Both the position numbers and the translations under genes were made by a program. Positions 13,735-28,500 of a stretch of DNA of 64,000 bases are shown one piece after another. The first letter of the stretch is position 1. Each line of letters opens with the position of its first letter. The stretch comes from Kudoa neothunni (Eukaryota; Animalia; Cnidaria). The notes beneath the pieces were generated by a model. It was not told the origin of the DNA. It made no database searches and saw only the letters and a list, made by a program, of their open reading frames with translations. The stretch spans positions 6,140,776-6,204,775 of the forward strand of contig OZ199840.1 of assembly GCA_964304625.1 (NCBI GenBank). The letters run 5' to 3'.

Positions 13735-14476
13735 TAATTATTTATCATATATATTTTTTAAATATATATTGTTAGCAAAGTTAAAGAACCTAATTAAAAC
13801 TTCTCCATATTAAAAATTGATTCTCAAATCGAAAAAAGGGGAAAAATACGTCGCAATAACGAATCGAGTTAAAAACAATGATATTGCATTTCAGCTGTAA
13901 TGAAAAATACTAGAATTCACAAATTATCGTCAGTTAATTTAACATGTTCACTTAAGTCTTGGTTATTTACAAAAAAATTAAATCTTACGTAGATGCCCTA
14001 AAATTGAGTAAAAATGAATGAGTGGCTACTTTTACTTTTTCACATCCCAACAAGATTTTAAAAAAGTGGTTGCCTATTCTATATGGATCGCGATAGTTTA
14101 TTCATCTGTTAGTTATTTCAGGCATGTGAAAATCAAATATTAGACATTGAGCATTCGTCATTACACTTAATAAAATCAATTTTTCCTAACAGAAATATAT
14201 ATTAATTATCTATACATATATCAATGTTTTGTCAGTCAATATCAGCATATATTTTTCAAGCATTCTGACTGTAATAATTCGATTTAAAATTGTTAATTGT
14301 GTAGCTTTTGCTCCCATGCAATGTGATTACAATTATGAATATAATTCATTGTCGTAACGTAGAAAAATCTTATTAGTTCACAAAACACAACCGAGAAAAA
14401 ACGGAACTTAGCACAAGTGTATTCAAGAAGTTAAAATACCTCGAAGTTGATTAGCCACGTAATAAGCAACAATAAA

Positions 14477-17400
14477 ATGGGTTATAACTACAAGGTCATT
14501 AGCCATCATTTTTATTTTTTATGACGTTTTTAATCAATGATAGAGATTTACTTCGCAATTCAAGAATAATTCATTATTAAAAAAATTGCTCTATCCTCAA
14601 ATAGAATTACCAAATAGATTCGCCTTGGCAATTATTTTTATGCTGGCTGTAATTACGCGATTCTACAAAATAGAAACCCCACAATGGGTTTGGTAAAATA
14701 TAATTTGGCGTTCAAACACTAAGATGGAAACATATCGATTGTAGTTGGGATGAGGCACACTTTGGAAAATATATCAATTATTACGTCAATTCGAGTTTTT
14801 ATTTTGACGTTCATCCACCGATGGGGAAAGTGCATTTGGCGGCTATTTTCTTTTAATCTATATAATGCGTGTAGATGTTGTACGCTTTTGTTGGTGTACT
14901 GAATGGTTACAACGGTAATTTCACATTTGAAAAATCAGGTTTGGATTTTTCTCATGACTTTTATGTACCCCTACGTCGAGTAACTCAATTCTTTTTTTGA
15001 TCAGTCGACGTTCCAATTACATGTAGTTTTCGGCTGGTTTTGGTGTCTTAACTATAATGTTTATTTATTGGATGACTCACGAAATAACCTCAAGTGTACC
15101 AGCGTCAATACTCGCTGCGTTATATGTGATATGCGGTATTCTAAATATAATCAAGTAAATAACTTAAGAGTAAATATTCACGAATAGACACTGGATCGCT
15201 AACTATCTCTCGATTTATACTGTTAGACTCTCCACTCATATGTTGCATGTGTGGGTGCATGTATTTCTTTATAAGATTCAGAAATTCATTGTAAAGAACT
15301 CCAATAAGATTCAAGGCGATCTAATTTTAATCTCCTATAGTAATAAGAATGATTTATCAGGAAGCTCTGATTGTTTGGCCCTCACCTCTTATTTCCTAAC
15401 CTTTACTTTAAGGTACGTTGACTTTAAATAAAGACAAGGTATTCAATTTTAACATAGCGTAAAGATGGTGGGCCTATTGTTATTTGGCACCATTGGGATA
15501 GTTACTACTATCGATTTGTTTGTCCTTGCTATAGATCATACTGTCCCTTGGGTAGCTATTTATAATCAATATATTTTTATGTTTCATAGAAAAATATATA
15601 TAAATTTATTAAAAGCCGTTTGACCGCATTTGTTGTTTTTCCATTTATTATGTATTATGTGTTTTTTGGTTGCCATTTGTTGTTAGTATCATCTTCGTAT
15701 GGTTTTTGTTTTCTTATTCTTGAACCTGAACAAATATTCGAATAGGGGGCCAGGGGATGCATTCTTTAGTCCACAATTCCAGCTTTCTTTGCATAAAAAT
15801 AAAGTTCATTCAAAGTTTAAAAACATTTCACAATGTAATTAATTCTTCTTCGTCATACATTTTCTATTTTTAAAGATGTTACCGATAAAAGTATGGTTGT
15901 TATTAGAGCTTGTGACACAATGTCCAACTACTTACATAGTCATGAGCATATGTATCCAAAAGAACATGACTCTCAACATCAGCAAGTATTATACCAATTT
16001 CCCCCTCTGTCATGTACGTAATATGAAAATTTATGATCTAGGTCACTGGTTATGGTTTTATTGACTCCAATAGTTACTGGTTAGTTACCAAAGTTGATGG
16101 CTCTGAAGGTGACTATATTAATGATGGCGACACGATTATGCTAACACATAATAAGTATTGATAAGTGTTTTTATCAGAATAGAATTGTTTAATATAATGT
16201 TAAGAACAAAGCGTAATCTACAAAGTGAGAAAGAAAAAGCCCCCCTTAGCATAAAAGCCTACCAAGTGGCTGCATACGGGAATGTAACTGGTTTAAAATT
16301 GTTCTTTATTCAGTTTATCAAATCATTATATTTTAACCTTTACTTTTTTATAGAATCAAACCGACGATACTAATGATCAATGGATTGTGAAAATATTAAA
16401 TAATCCTCAAAATAAAACAAGAATCGGCCCAGTTTCCACAAAAATCTCTCTTTTTCATAAAAACATGAAATGCGAGCTCATGTTAAGTGGTGAAAAACTC
16501 CCTAGTTGGTATATCATTAAAAATATATAAATTTTATTTTTGGTAAATGATTAGGGGGTTTAACCAAAGAGAAACGATATGCAATAACAACTTGGAGCAT
16601 CCTCAAAGTTGTTGGATGTTTGTTTACAATCAAAGTCCGAGCGAAGAAGGCAACTCTTATGAAATCGTTGTACAACTATTCCATTGGCTTAAATTTAGTT
16701 AAAACAACTGATATAACTGAAGAAGTAAAACTTAGTTTTATATCAAGAATTTATCAATATCAAGTTCGAATGCTAGCTGTAGACAACTGTTCATTTTAAT
16801 TTGGGTAGAATTTTGGTTCTTAGGTCAACAACAATTTCATACCTAAATCTTATGAAATGCCATCAAGACCATGGATGTGGCCTATCAATTATAAAGTAAA
16901 TTTTAAGTTAATAGTTGTGTAAAAACCGATTGACTGATTGTTTGTTCAGGGAATATGGTTCTCTGGGAAGGGCCAACATCGAGTTTATCTGCTTGGAAAT
17001 CCAGTAATTATAAACTTATATTAACAAAGTTACTCTTAATACGTATAGATATTGTGGTGGAGTTGTTTGTTAGCAATTGTGATCTATCCATTCATATTTG
17101 TAGCGTTTTCAATTTACTCGTTAAGATATCCGTCTGATTCTTTGAGTAGTTCATGGAACGGTATTTTCATTTGTTTGATTTAATTTGATTCATTTACAAG
17201 ATTCTCATGTTCGCAAATGTTGGTCTATATATTTGCTTTGGGCTTTCAACTATATACCATATTATTTTATGGGAAGAGTTTTGTATTATCACCATTATCT
17301 CCCCTCATATCATTTATCGTGTGTTATTGCAGGTATCGCTTCATCGAATGATTGGAGATTGACATTTGAGTTGTTGGTTTTAGGAGTCATGTATAATTTT

Positions 17401-17661
17401 GTGATTGAGGCTGTATTAGCATACTTTCAAGGTGACCAATCTGCTCCTAAAAGGAATGCATTATCCATCTTACACATTTTATTTATAGCAAGCATTGCTT
17501 TCAGGTAACAAAATTTAAAAAATACAAAATCGCTGACAAATTTATTTAGCTTTTATTCCTTTTCTTTTCTATCTTATGGTATGACCGGAAATATTGCTTC
17601 GAAAGTTCCAAACAATTCTAGCTACTCTGCCTATAGATGGATGAAGTCTTGGGAGTTTTAA
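14477..17661 (+). CDS. POMT2: Protein O-mannosyltransferase, POMT2-like (copy 1, apparently intact, about 20 short introns)
   Basis: Spliced product contains [21 protein letters not shown] (catalytic DE), [29 protein letters not shown], three MIR repeats (YLHSH...QQVTGY...LPSWGFNQ), [29 protein letters not shown], and ends WMKSWEF*. Confidence 0.9.
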
Positions 17662-18804
17662 GTCATGTAAACTACTTTTGGCATCATTATTCATAGATTG
17701 AATATGGTTAAATATTACCCAACTAAATTATTTGAAATTCCTGTTTGTCTGTAAGATTCTTTATTCCTGAGAAATTAAGACATTGATTTTTTTTCATATC
17801 ATCAGACCGAATATAAGCCAGTATTAAACATATTTAAAAGTTGAACAATTATACTTAGTTTTTGACGGTTTTAGCAAGCATATTGTGATATAAGAAATGT
17901 AACCAAATATTTTCCATAAAGATCACCATTTAATTAAAAGTATACGAACCCAAAAATTAGTAAAATTTATGTTAGAATCAAAAAAACTTGTTGAGTCTGA
18001 TAAAATAATTCGACCTTTGAAAACTCCGAGAGGTCCGAACAAATAATTATAGATAAATCTTTCAATAATTAATCCATACAATATTAAATTATATATTAAA
18101 CTTGAGTCATTTAATGTCTGTCGAGGACGACAAATTGTCCACTGAAGTTGAGAATTGCGCTCTCTGCATTATATTGACTAATCATTAAATATCCATATCA
18201 TATTTGATGTTATGAAGATATTCCATTTTTTAACTCATTTAGTTATAATAGACGAGGCATTGTTCGTGATCCTAATGGGCCCAAAATAATTGCTACTCCG
18301 GGTACAATACGTGTGTCACATAATTCTCGCATTGCGCACGGATTTATTTTTAAACTCAATAAAGCATTGATATTTATTATTAAAAATTTAATTTTGGCAT
18401 TTCAAATTATGACATATCTTTGTTTAATCGATAGTTGAATTTTTTAGAATCATACTCACTGAGATATTCATCTATTTATCATGGAAAACATCCGATAACA
18501 TTAGAATTTTTCCATTTTTCGTAAGCTTACAGGTCGGGTTCGATGTTCACGACAATTTTTAATATTTTATAAACGCTTATTATTTTGATGCTTATCTCAA
18601 ATGTTTTTTACTGTCAAATTTCACAGAAATTATAATATCACTTTATTGCTCATCTCTTCTATATAAAGATAAATTTGAGTCTAAATTTTCTTTACTGCTC
18701 CCGAATAAATATTAAGAGTAACAAAAATGTGATTTTATGTTAAATCTCACCTAATCAAAAAAATAATAATAGTTAAAACAACCATAATTTCTAACCATGT
18801 TTAA

Positions 18805-20950
18805 CCCTTTATGATGCGAAAAACCTACGCCTCCCAACGATTTTTGGGGTGTAATACACCTCACTCTCTTTTTTTTATATTTGTTTAGAAAATAATTATA
18901 CCAAATAAACCCTTTTAATCCGATAGATGAGATATTGATAGTCTGGACTCTTTGGCTCAAGAAAAAATAAAATCAAGCGATACAATAAATGCTGTTTACT
19001 CTATAAGGTTAACGTTCATAATTGCAGTGATTTGTCTAACAATTACAGCGTTTTTGATAAATTTTCACTACAGTAAAAATATTTGCAAGTCAAACAAACT
19101 GAGTTTGTTGTTTGATACTCTGTCAGGACTAAATTGACACCGTTTTTGATTCGGTTTTGTGTTATGCGTTAGCGCATTATTTTTAAGAGAAATTTTAGGT
19201 CTTTTTTTGGGTTCATACTTTTTTCTAATAATGGTTTATACAGATCCACCGCAAGTTCTCTCAGAAAATTACGTCGAAGCCTAGTTATGTCTTTGTTAAT
19301 GTTTTTATAGATAGCAAAGGCGTTATTCAATGGAAGGTCTACCATATTGTAGAAAACGACCTTGGGCCATCTTTTATTAAACCTACGAACAGAAACTGAG
19401 GCTAACATGCGGTCAACGGCGTCAACACCAAATTTAGTTTTGTTGTACCACATAATCAAATCATCCTCTGGTTTCGCAAGATTTATTTCATCCATCGTGT
19501 TGGTGTTCGTTGTCCCCGTTGATGGAATAATCACAGATCGCCCTTTTTTATTCACATAAGATGTCAACATGTTTTTTATCAAAAAAACAAACGTGGAACT
19601 ATGTAATGGTCTTTTTCTTGCCGGAAAAACACATGGAGGCAGTTCTCTTTTATGGCGGATGTTCCATAAGTAGGTAAGCCTTTTTTCCAGTAACTTAGAC
19701 GCCAATCGGAGGGAAGAAAAAAAATTTTCGGAAACAATATTTCGTCCAGAATCATTTAATGAAAACGAGTGAGAAAATACAATATTTTCGCCCACACTAC
19801 AGTTTCATAGGCTTTTTGATCCTTTTTTCCAAGATTAGGCGAAATATTCAATATGTTTCTTTCAATTGGATCCACCAGAAGGAAAAATTTAAACCTGTAT
19901 TTGGCTGGCTTTAGAGGTAAATACTGTGTGAAAAGACGTCTTCCTTTAAACGCTACAAACTGTCATCAACAGTTACATCCTGTTTTGGGGAAAAGTACTT
20001 GGGTAGTTCACAAATCCACATTGACCGCAAATCACGGATGGTACAAGATTTATCGTCAGCTCGTCTCGAGTATTTACATCGTCGAAATGCAACGCTCTCG
20101 ACACCTGCTTAAATTTTTGTCGAGAAAAAAAGCTGACGATATATTTTTCCTCCTTTAGCTACACTAAAAGTTCACAAAGGGAGCTCCTGTCTATCTTTAT
20201 GGATTGCCATCAAGATCAGAATCCCTAGGTAGCCGTTGAATTCGACCTCGTCAATACCCGACCAATGCTCATTATAATATGTTTTTCCAAAGAAATTGGA
20301 ATACTTTATTATTTCATAGAAAATATTTTTGCTAAATAAATAAAAAAAACAATCCGAAATACACTTAATCCTTTGATGACTGTAAGCCGTTGGTCCTGGC
20401 GACCATTCATAATATTCTCAATCGAATTTCTCGATTTAGGAGGCTTATTTAAATTCCACTCCATGCCATTCTTACTATTCAATGATCCGTCAAAAACATG
20501 GGATTCGATAGAATCATTCGAATTTTGAGAAGATCCAAAAACATAGTCATTCAATTCATTATCAGATGATTGTATTTCATTATTGTAGTCTTCAGAGCTG
20601 TTCGACATTATTAAAACGGGGCATGCACAAACTAAATTTTCGTATTTCAAACATTAAATTAATATAAATCTACCCGATAGAATTCTCCAAAACTTTTCTG
20701 AATCATAGCACATGCTATAACGGTTACAATAAATGGAACGAATCGGGGGTGATTACATCCCAAAAATCGTCAGAAGGTATTTTTTAGTGTACTCATTTAA
20801 TATATTTTTTCCCCATAAATTTCAAAAATGAAAGTTAAAATTATTCTACAAGAATAGCTCCAGTATAGGCATGTGCGAATAACATTAAAACAAGTTATAA
20901 CTAGTTCAAATATCGTTTGGGGTGTAATACACCCCAAAATCGTCAGAGGG
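18805..20950 (-). mobile_element. piggyBac (PGBD4-like) transposon, full-length, degenerate
   Basis: TTAA|CCC...GGG|TTAA ends and subterminal GGGGTGTAATACACCCC repeats. Transposase fragments YNKTKFGVDAVDRM...RRFNKRWPKVVFYNMVD, KPAKYRFKFF, and a C-terminal Cys-rich remnant. Confidence 0.88.
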
Positions 20951-21307
20951 TTAATGAAGGAATAGAAAACTTGCAAGTCCACGTGTTTGATTCTAAAACT
21001 TTCAATAAAAGAACTCGATATTTGGCCATAAATAATCTATGCTGATATGGGAAGGAGTAGGACTCCACAATCTACCGCGCGGAAAACACGCAGTTTGCTT
21101 TGAGAACAAAGTTAATTTAATATTTTAATAATTTCGGTTCACAGGAAAGCTATTGTTTTTGAATAAAGCAAGAAATTTCAGTTTAAAGTTTTTAGATAAA
21201 TTTTAAAATTTTATACTTCATTAACAAAGGTTCGACTATTTATCACAATTCATTTTTTCTAGTTTGTAAATTAATTCTAGATTATTCCTCTACATGAAGT
21301 TTTGGTA

Positions 21308-21925
21308 AAGGGGTCGGCGACCTGAATGTGTTGCCGGGGCTGAATAATCAGGAAAAACATTAGAAGGCGCGTAGAATATATATAAATCCTTTGGCTGTAA
21401 CGAATTATTTTACAGTAAAATTGAAAATTAGTTTAGTTTATTTATATTTTAAATGTTTAAAATATTACATTATGACCGCAGCGCAACAAAAACATAACTG
21501 AAGTTCGACATTTTTTTCTTTCGAAATTGACCTGATTTCATTTTTATTTAATGTAACGTTTTATGTTATTGAATTAAAGTAAAAAATTGTAAAATAAATA
21601 ATTAAACGTCTCTATTTGTCATAATAACATTTCTGTCATACACGTGGTAAAAATAAGTAAGAAATTTTGGGGGAAAATACTTTAGCCTTTATTTTGTTGT
21701 TGACACATTTACATTTAGAAAAGGGTAGACGATATTTAATTGACTCCAGTTAATTTTTTATAAAACTTCTTTATGTTCTGGAAAGATTTATTATAAGAAT
21801 AAGAAAATTATAAAAGTATTGTCTAATAACAAATAGAATTAAAGTTTTATCATTGACCGCTCGGGGACCGGTTGATAAAGCTCCCCGACCAAATTTTTCC
21901 GTGATCCGGTCGTTGCTAACCTCTG
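21308..21925. mobile_element. Possible hAT (Charlie/Buster-like) MITE
   Basis: Degenerate TIRs AGGGGTCGGCGACC / CGTTGCTAACCTCTG with GC-rich subterminal segments. No clear TSD. Confidence 0.4.
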
Positions 21926-22194
21926 ATATATGAGAATATCTATAACGTTGATTTCGGTTCAGTCAAAAAGTCACGATCAACTCGTAATTAAACGAAAATT
22001 GTAAAAAATCAGAAATCAATTTATAATCAACTTAAATAATTGTCAAAAAAACGAGTTAACGTATAGCTTATTTTCAGGAAAATTTTGCGTATTCGTTTCT
22101 TTTTATTATTTCCTGTTTATGAAAAATTTCCAACTAAATCAACCAACCGTCACTGCATAACCACAAAATTTTTCGCTGCATAATTCTTATTTAA

Positions 22195-24155
22195 CCCTTT
22201 CGACCCGAATGATGCCATATGGCATGATCAGATTGATGTCGGAATATCTATTCCATTTTTGTGTGTATAGTTTAAATCTATCGCTGTATAAAAAATATAA
22301 CACATGCTTTATTAAATATATTTTAGAATTTAGAATTTTATGTCGTTTTATTCATTACAAAATAGGAAACAAATAGCGTGAACGGCGTTAACAAATAATA
22401 GATTATTGTATCGATATTTACGAAAATAGCGAATCTATGTTTTTTAGAATAAAAAATATAATCATTTATTATTAAGCAAATGAATTTTAAAAATTAGATC
22501 GAATTTTTAAAATAATGATGTATAGCGGGTTCGGGAGATGAAACAACGGTTGAAGAAATTCGTTTGCTCATCGGGATTTTCATACGTATGTCAATTGTAA
22601 AAATGCCAAGGTACAAAAATTATTGGTCGAAAAAGCTGAGCTACAATACTACAGTTGAGCGAATGACCAGAGATAGGTTCTGGCTGCTACTACGGTATCT
22701 TCATTTTTGCGATAAACAACAACGCCGTAACATCACCGGACCATTCTGGATACGACCGATTTTATAAAATAAAGCCTGTCCTTAATAATAAGACGAGCAT
22801 GTTTGAAAGTTGAACCTGAGTACAACCAGTCGATTGACGAACAGATGATCCCATTCAAAGGTAAATCAAATTTAAAACGTTACCTTCCATCAAAACCTAC
22901 AAAATGGGGTTTCAAAGTTTACACAAGAAACGGCGCAGGTGGAATAATCCATGATTTCTTTTTTGATGGTGAGCCTGCAATTATTCCCCAAACAAGTACT
23001 GGGAGCAAATCATCCGATATTGTTTATGAAGCTCTGCGAGACTCTACCTGACAAAACATATCATATATATTACGATAATTATTTCTCAAGTTTTAGTCTA
23101 CATGACAAATTGTTAACACGCGGTTATTTCTCAACCTCCACCATCAGAAAAAATCGCATGGATAAATGTCCCTTCAAGGATGACAAACATATGAAAAAGT
23201 TAGAGCGAGGAAGTTTCGAGTTTGGAATCTACCATTTGAATGGGACCAAAATTAACGTTTTAAGATGGCTTGATGGGTCTATTGTTAACATATCGTCAAC
23301 CTATTACTCTGCGTTTCCACTCTCATCTATACCTAGATTCGACAAGAAAGCAAAGAATATGATGACGATAACCTACCCCAACATGGTCAAAATGTACAAC
23401 AAACACATGGGTGGTGTTGATTTATTTGACATGCGAATGGTCTTGTATCGCTTGGAACATAAATCATGCAAATGGTATAACCGAATATTTTTTTGTGTTT
23501 AAATCTGTGCCTTCTCTACCGAAGGCAATGTAATTTGCTTGGTGTAAAAACCAAACAAATGATGGATTTGCAAGAGTTTTGCATCGAAATAAGCGAAGAC
23601 TTGCTTTTTTTAGTCAAAATGTCAGCTTAATCCCAAAGAGAGGTCGACCGTCTGCTTCAACTAAGATTTTAAGTACTCCAATCTTAGTCGCTAGAAGGTA
23701 TAAAACTAATGAGAGTGGAATAACCTCTAACGCTCGTTTTGATGGATATTTTAATTTTCCAGACATGGATCAAACCAAAAAAAGGTGCAAATTATGTGGC
23801 ATGTATTGAAGAACCTTTTGCATTAAATGTAACTTGCATCTATGTCTCAATAGTGGCAGAAATTGTTTTGTTTCATATCATACTAAATAAATATTCATTG
23901 TTTAATACATAAATTTTAAGTTATTTTGATAAAATCAATGTTTTTTATATTCACTTAATATAAACGCACGCGTAATGACAACTATCTTACAATTTGAGTC
24001 GGCGAATGATGCCATATGGCATCATGTAGTTATTTGATTAGTTATAATACCTTTAAAATCAAAGATCGTGTATTCCATTTTAATTTTGTATCTAGAAATG
24101 ATATATAATGGTAAATATTTTGTCTCAATTTTTATTTTTTTTCGGGTCGAAAGGG
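22195..24155 (+). mobile_element. piggyBac (PGBD3-like) transposon, full-length, frameshifted
   Basis: Perfect 15-bp TIR CCCTTTCGACCCGAA with TTAA TSD. Internal palindrome ATGCCATATGGCAT near both ends. Motifs SIDEQMIPFKGK...PSKPTKWGFK, YYDNYFSS, YNKHMGGVDLFD, and C-terminal RCKLC...CLNSGRNCF. Confidence 0.92.
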
Positions 24156-25515
24156 TTAAATTAGACTCGAAAGACAAAAAATTTAAAATTGAAATCGTTA
24201 AGGTATAGAAAATTTGATTAAATTCAAATTACTTAGTAAGAACGAATTTTAGTAGCTTTTCGTTAATTTTTAGCTCAATCCTAATATAAACACATTTCAA
24301 CTAAATGGAACGAATTTTCTAACGATATCTTTTAAAATTTGGACAATAGTAAGTCTAAATGTCAAGAATTTTTTTTAATGACGTCTACATTTATTTTTTT
24401 AAGCTCTTATCTTTACAATATATCAGAAACCTCAAAAGTCGCCGACGGAGTCGTATACAGCTTCCAATTCACAGACTGCCTATCCGTGGCACAGACCAAA
24501 TGTTTTCAAATATTGCGTCCTTTCGTTCTCCCACAATAAGTAATATAACCCTAAAATGAAGAACTTACGTTTGTCGGTTGTTTAATTTTTCTATAATTGT
24601 CGAAAATATATCATATATTGAAATTTGGAATATGCACTCCCAATCCATTTAAATCGTTACATTGTGTATTTAAAGCGTGTGCCTTTTACGCGTCATCGAA
24701 AGCTAGGCATTACATTCCTCGAAGAGAATTTAATGATAACAGTTCCATAAAGTTGAATTTTTAAATAAATAATTCAGACCAACGGTCTGTTATAATTTTC
24801 GCAACATATTCTATAACTTTTATTCTAAAATAAAAATATTCGCTTTTCTTTGTTTGTAATCTTTTGGGAATTTCAAACAAGAGCAACTTTATTAGGTTTC
24901 AATTAACGACTGCAATTAAGAATGTATTATCATAAGCCTGTGCTCAAGTTCAGCGGATTTTTCTTCTTTTTGTAACAAATAGGACGTTGTTTAAGGTATT
25001 GTAGAATTTTTTTGTTATGACGCTATTACTGATGTTAAATATAATGCACCATAAACTAGATTTATTCAGATAGATTAAATATAACATAATTTATTCACAT
25101 TAACGAAATGAGTTCATCTCAGCTAACCCTCCCAACAAATTATAGAAACCGCTCTCTCTTGTTGTTATCCAATGGTATTTTACCAATGAAATAACATTAA
25201 TCTAGCGTTTCTAAATGAATAACGACGTTTTATGGTTTCACCGAATTAAATAATTTTTTATATCAAATCCAAGTAAAATATCAGTAATAAACCATTTATA
25301 TCAAAAATGTCCCGCATGATTACTTTGGTAAAGATACAATTAAACTGACCCGCAGACGGATGTCTTATGCAAGCATTGTGAGGGAGATGGAGAAATCTCT
25401 AAGGATGAAGTTGTTAGGTGTAGTTTTCTTAGCGTAACTGCGAAAATTGTGTTACAAAGAAGGATATGGATCTTAATATTACAGTCTAATGGGAGGGGAT
25501 TAATTTTATTTCTAT

Positions 25516-28500
25516 ATGAGTAGTGAAATATCGCATCGCCTCTCGGTTCTCAATTTTGTAATGTCACAGTGCTTTGTAAACGTAAGATCCCCCACAATTA
25601 TCATCATAGTTTTCTATCAGTTAACATTTTTTTAGAAGTCTAGTCCAACACGAAAAAATAAAACCATTTTTAAAAAAAATTATTATCCACTCATATCGAC
25701 CTACCAAATAACTTTGCTTTGTCAATTATATTCATAGTGGCTGTAGTTACGCGCTTTTACAACTTAGGAACACCAGCGTGGGTTTGGTAAAATATGACTG
25801 TGCTTTAATATAGAAGCGTGTGAATGATTATATTTTAGTTGGGACGAAGCACACTTTGGAAATACGCCAATTACTACATTAATTCAAGTTTTTATTTCGA
25901 CGTACATCCGCCATTGGGAAAAGTAATACGATAACAACTTGTGAGTCCAGTTTCATTATTATAGATGTTGTACGCCGTGGTTGGCTTACTGAATGGTTAT
26001 AACGGTAATTTCTCATTTAAAGAAACTGGGCTAGATTATTCTCATGATTTTTATGTTCCTATGCGTCAAGTAATTCCATCATTATGAATAAAATTAACAA
26101 ACACTTTCTATTATAGCTTTCGGCTGGTTTGGCAGTTTTGACCATAATGTTTGTTTATGGGATGGCCTACGAACTAACTTCAAGTGCGCCAGCTTCAATA
26201 TTAGCCGCTTTATATGTGATATGTGGTAAGTTAAATTTTATTAAACGAACAATTTAATAGTGGAAAATACACCGATAGATACTGGATCGTTAACTATCTC
26301 TCGATTTATACTGTTAGATTCCCCTCTCATATGTTGCATGTGTGGTACCATGTATTTCTTCTTGAAATACAGAAATTTATTGTAAATACCATTTTATGTT
26401 GATTTCTCAATTAACTTGTGTTGATTTTAGTCACAAGAATCGTTTATCGGAAAGTTATGAATATTTGATTCTTACAGGGTTGTTTTTGGCGTTTACAATG
26501 AGGTAGTTAACATGTAAACAAAACTTATTCATTTTATTTTGATTTAGCATAAAGATGGTTGGCCTATTTTTGTTCGGTACCATTGGGATAGTGACAACTA
26601 TAGATTTGTTTTGTCTTGTAATCGACAAGAAAGTTACGTGGGTATTTATTTATATGAGGAAAGATATGCAAATTTATCGAAACACGTTTATTAGCGTTCG
26701 TCCTTGTACCATTTGTTATATATTATGCGTTTTTTGTGTGCCATCTATTGACTATATCCATTTCGTATGGTTTTCGTTTGATTATATTCTCGTCTAAATA
26801 TCTAACTGAACATTGAAATAGAGGACCTGGGGATGGATTTTTCAGCCCACAATTTCAACTAAATTTGTATAACAATAAAGTTGATTCAAAATTTGGAAAA
26901 ATATCTGAATGTAAATTAATTACTGTTGTTATATAGTTTTTATTTTTAAAGATGTTACGGATAAAAGCATGGTTGTCATGAAAGGTTGCGATGCAAGATC
27001 CAACTACCTACACAGTCACGTCCATCTGTATCCTAAAGAACATGGCCCTCAACAACAACAAGTATTTCCTCGTTTCCAATGTGATTAAATTTGTTGATAT
27101 GCATATATGCGTACCTAGGTCACTGGTTATGGTTTCATGGACCCTAATAGTTATTGGTTAATCACAAAAATTGGTGGCTCTAAAGGTGACTATATTAACG
27201 ATGGTGACACTATTTTGCTAACACACAATGCGTATCAATAAGATTTTAAATAAAAATCGAATCATTTTATATACTTAGGACACAACGTAAACTACATAGC
27301 CATAATGAAAAAGCCCCCATCAACACCAAAGTCTACCAAGTCACAGCATACGGAAATGTAACTGGTTTATAAATTTTTATTTATTCTGTTTATCAATTAA
27401 TTATATGTTAACCTTGACTTTTTGGTAGAAAAAAACTGAAGACCCTAATGATGAATGGATTGTGAAAATATTAAAATCCCCTAAAAATGAACGAATTGCC
27501 CCAGTTGCAACTAAAATCTCTCTGATCCATAAAAATATGAAATGTGAGCTCATGTTAAGTGCTGATAAACTTCCAGAATGGTACATTGTAGTATTCAATA
27601 TTAAAAACTTTTTTACAATAATTAGGGGCTTCCAACAAGAGGAATCGATATGTAATAATAACCTAGGACACCCTAAAAGCTGTTGGGTATTTGTTTACAA
27701 TCAAAGTCCAAACAATGAAGGCAATTATTAGAAAAAAAATAATTTATCTAATCTGTATATTTTAATATAGTAGAAACACTTGACATAACCGAATCAATAA
27801 GATCTGGTTGGATCTCTAGAATTTCGGAATATCAAGATCTAATGTTATCTGTATTTAATGGTTTACTTTAATTGTTATATAATATATAATTTTTGGTGCT
27901 AGATCAACAACAATCTTGTACCTAAATCTTATGAAATGCCATCAAGACCATGGATGTGGCCTATCAATTATAAAGTAGATTTAAACTTAATAACTTTATA
28001 AAAAATAACTGACTGATTATTTATTTAGGGAATATGGTTCTCTGGAAAAAGCCAGCATCGAGTGTATCTGCTGGGAAATCCAGTAATTATAAACCTATAA
28101 CGACGAAATTATTCTTGATTCATATAGATATTATGGTGGAGTTGTTTGATAATAATCGTGAATTATCCAATCATTTTTGTTGCATTTTCGATTTACTCGT
28201 TGAGATATCCCTCCGATTCGTTGAGTAATGCATGGAAAGGTAATCTTAATTGTTTTTTTTGTTTGTTTATTTGAATTTATTTGATTGATCTACAAGATTC
28301 CCATATTTGCAAATGTTGGCCAGTATATTTGTTGTGGGCATTCAATTATATCCCATATTATTTCATGGGAAGAGTGTTATATTATCACCATTATTTCCCC
28401 TCCTACCATTTATCGTGTGTTATTGCAGGTATCACGCGACGAATTAATGGAGTTCAATGTAAAATTGTTGATCTTAGGTGTGATGTTCAATTTTATGATT

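Noticed and set aside
24339-24559. Short plus-strand ORFs between the piggyBac and POMT copy 2
   Set aside because: No homology or supportable gene structure.
25290-25470. CKHCEGDG, resembling a DnaJ CxxCxGxG motif
   Set aside because: Single motif, frameshifted context, no J-domain nearby.
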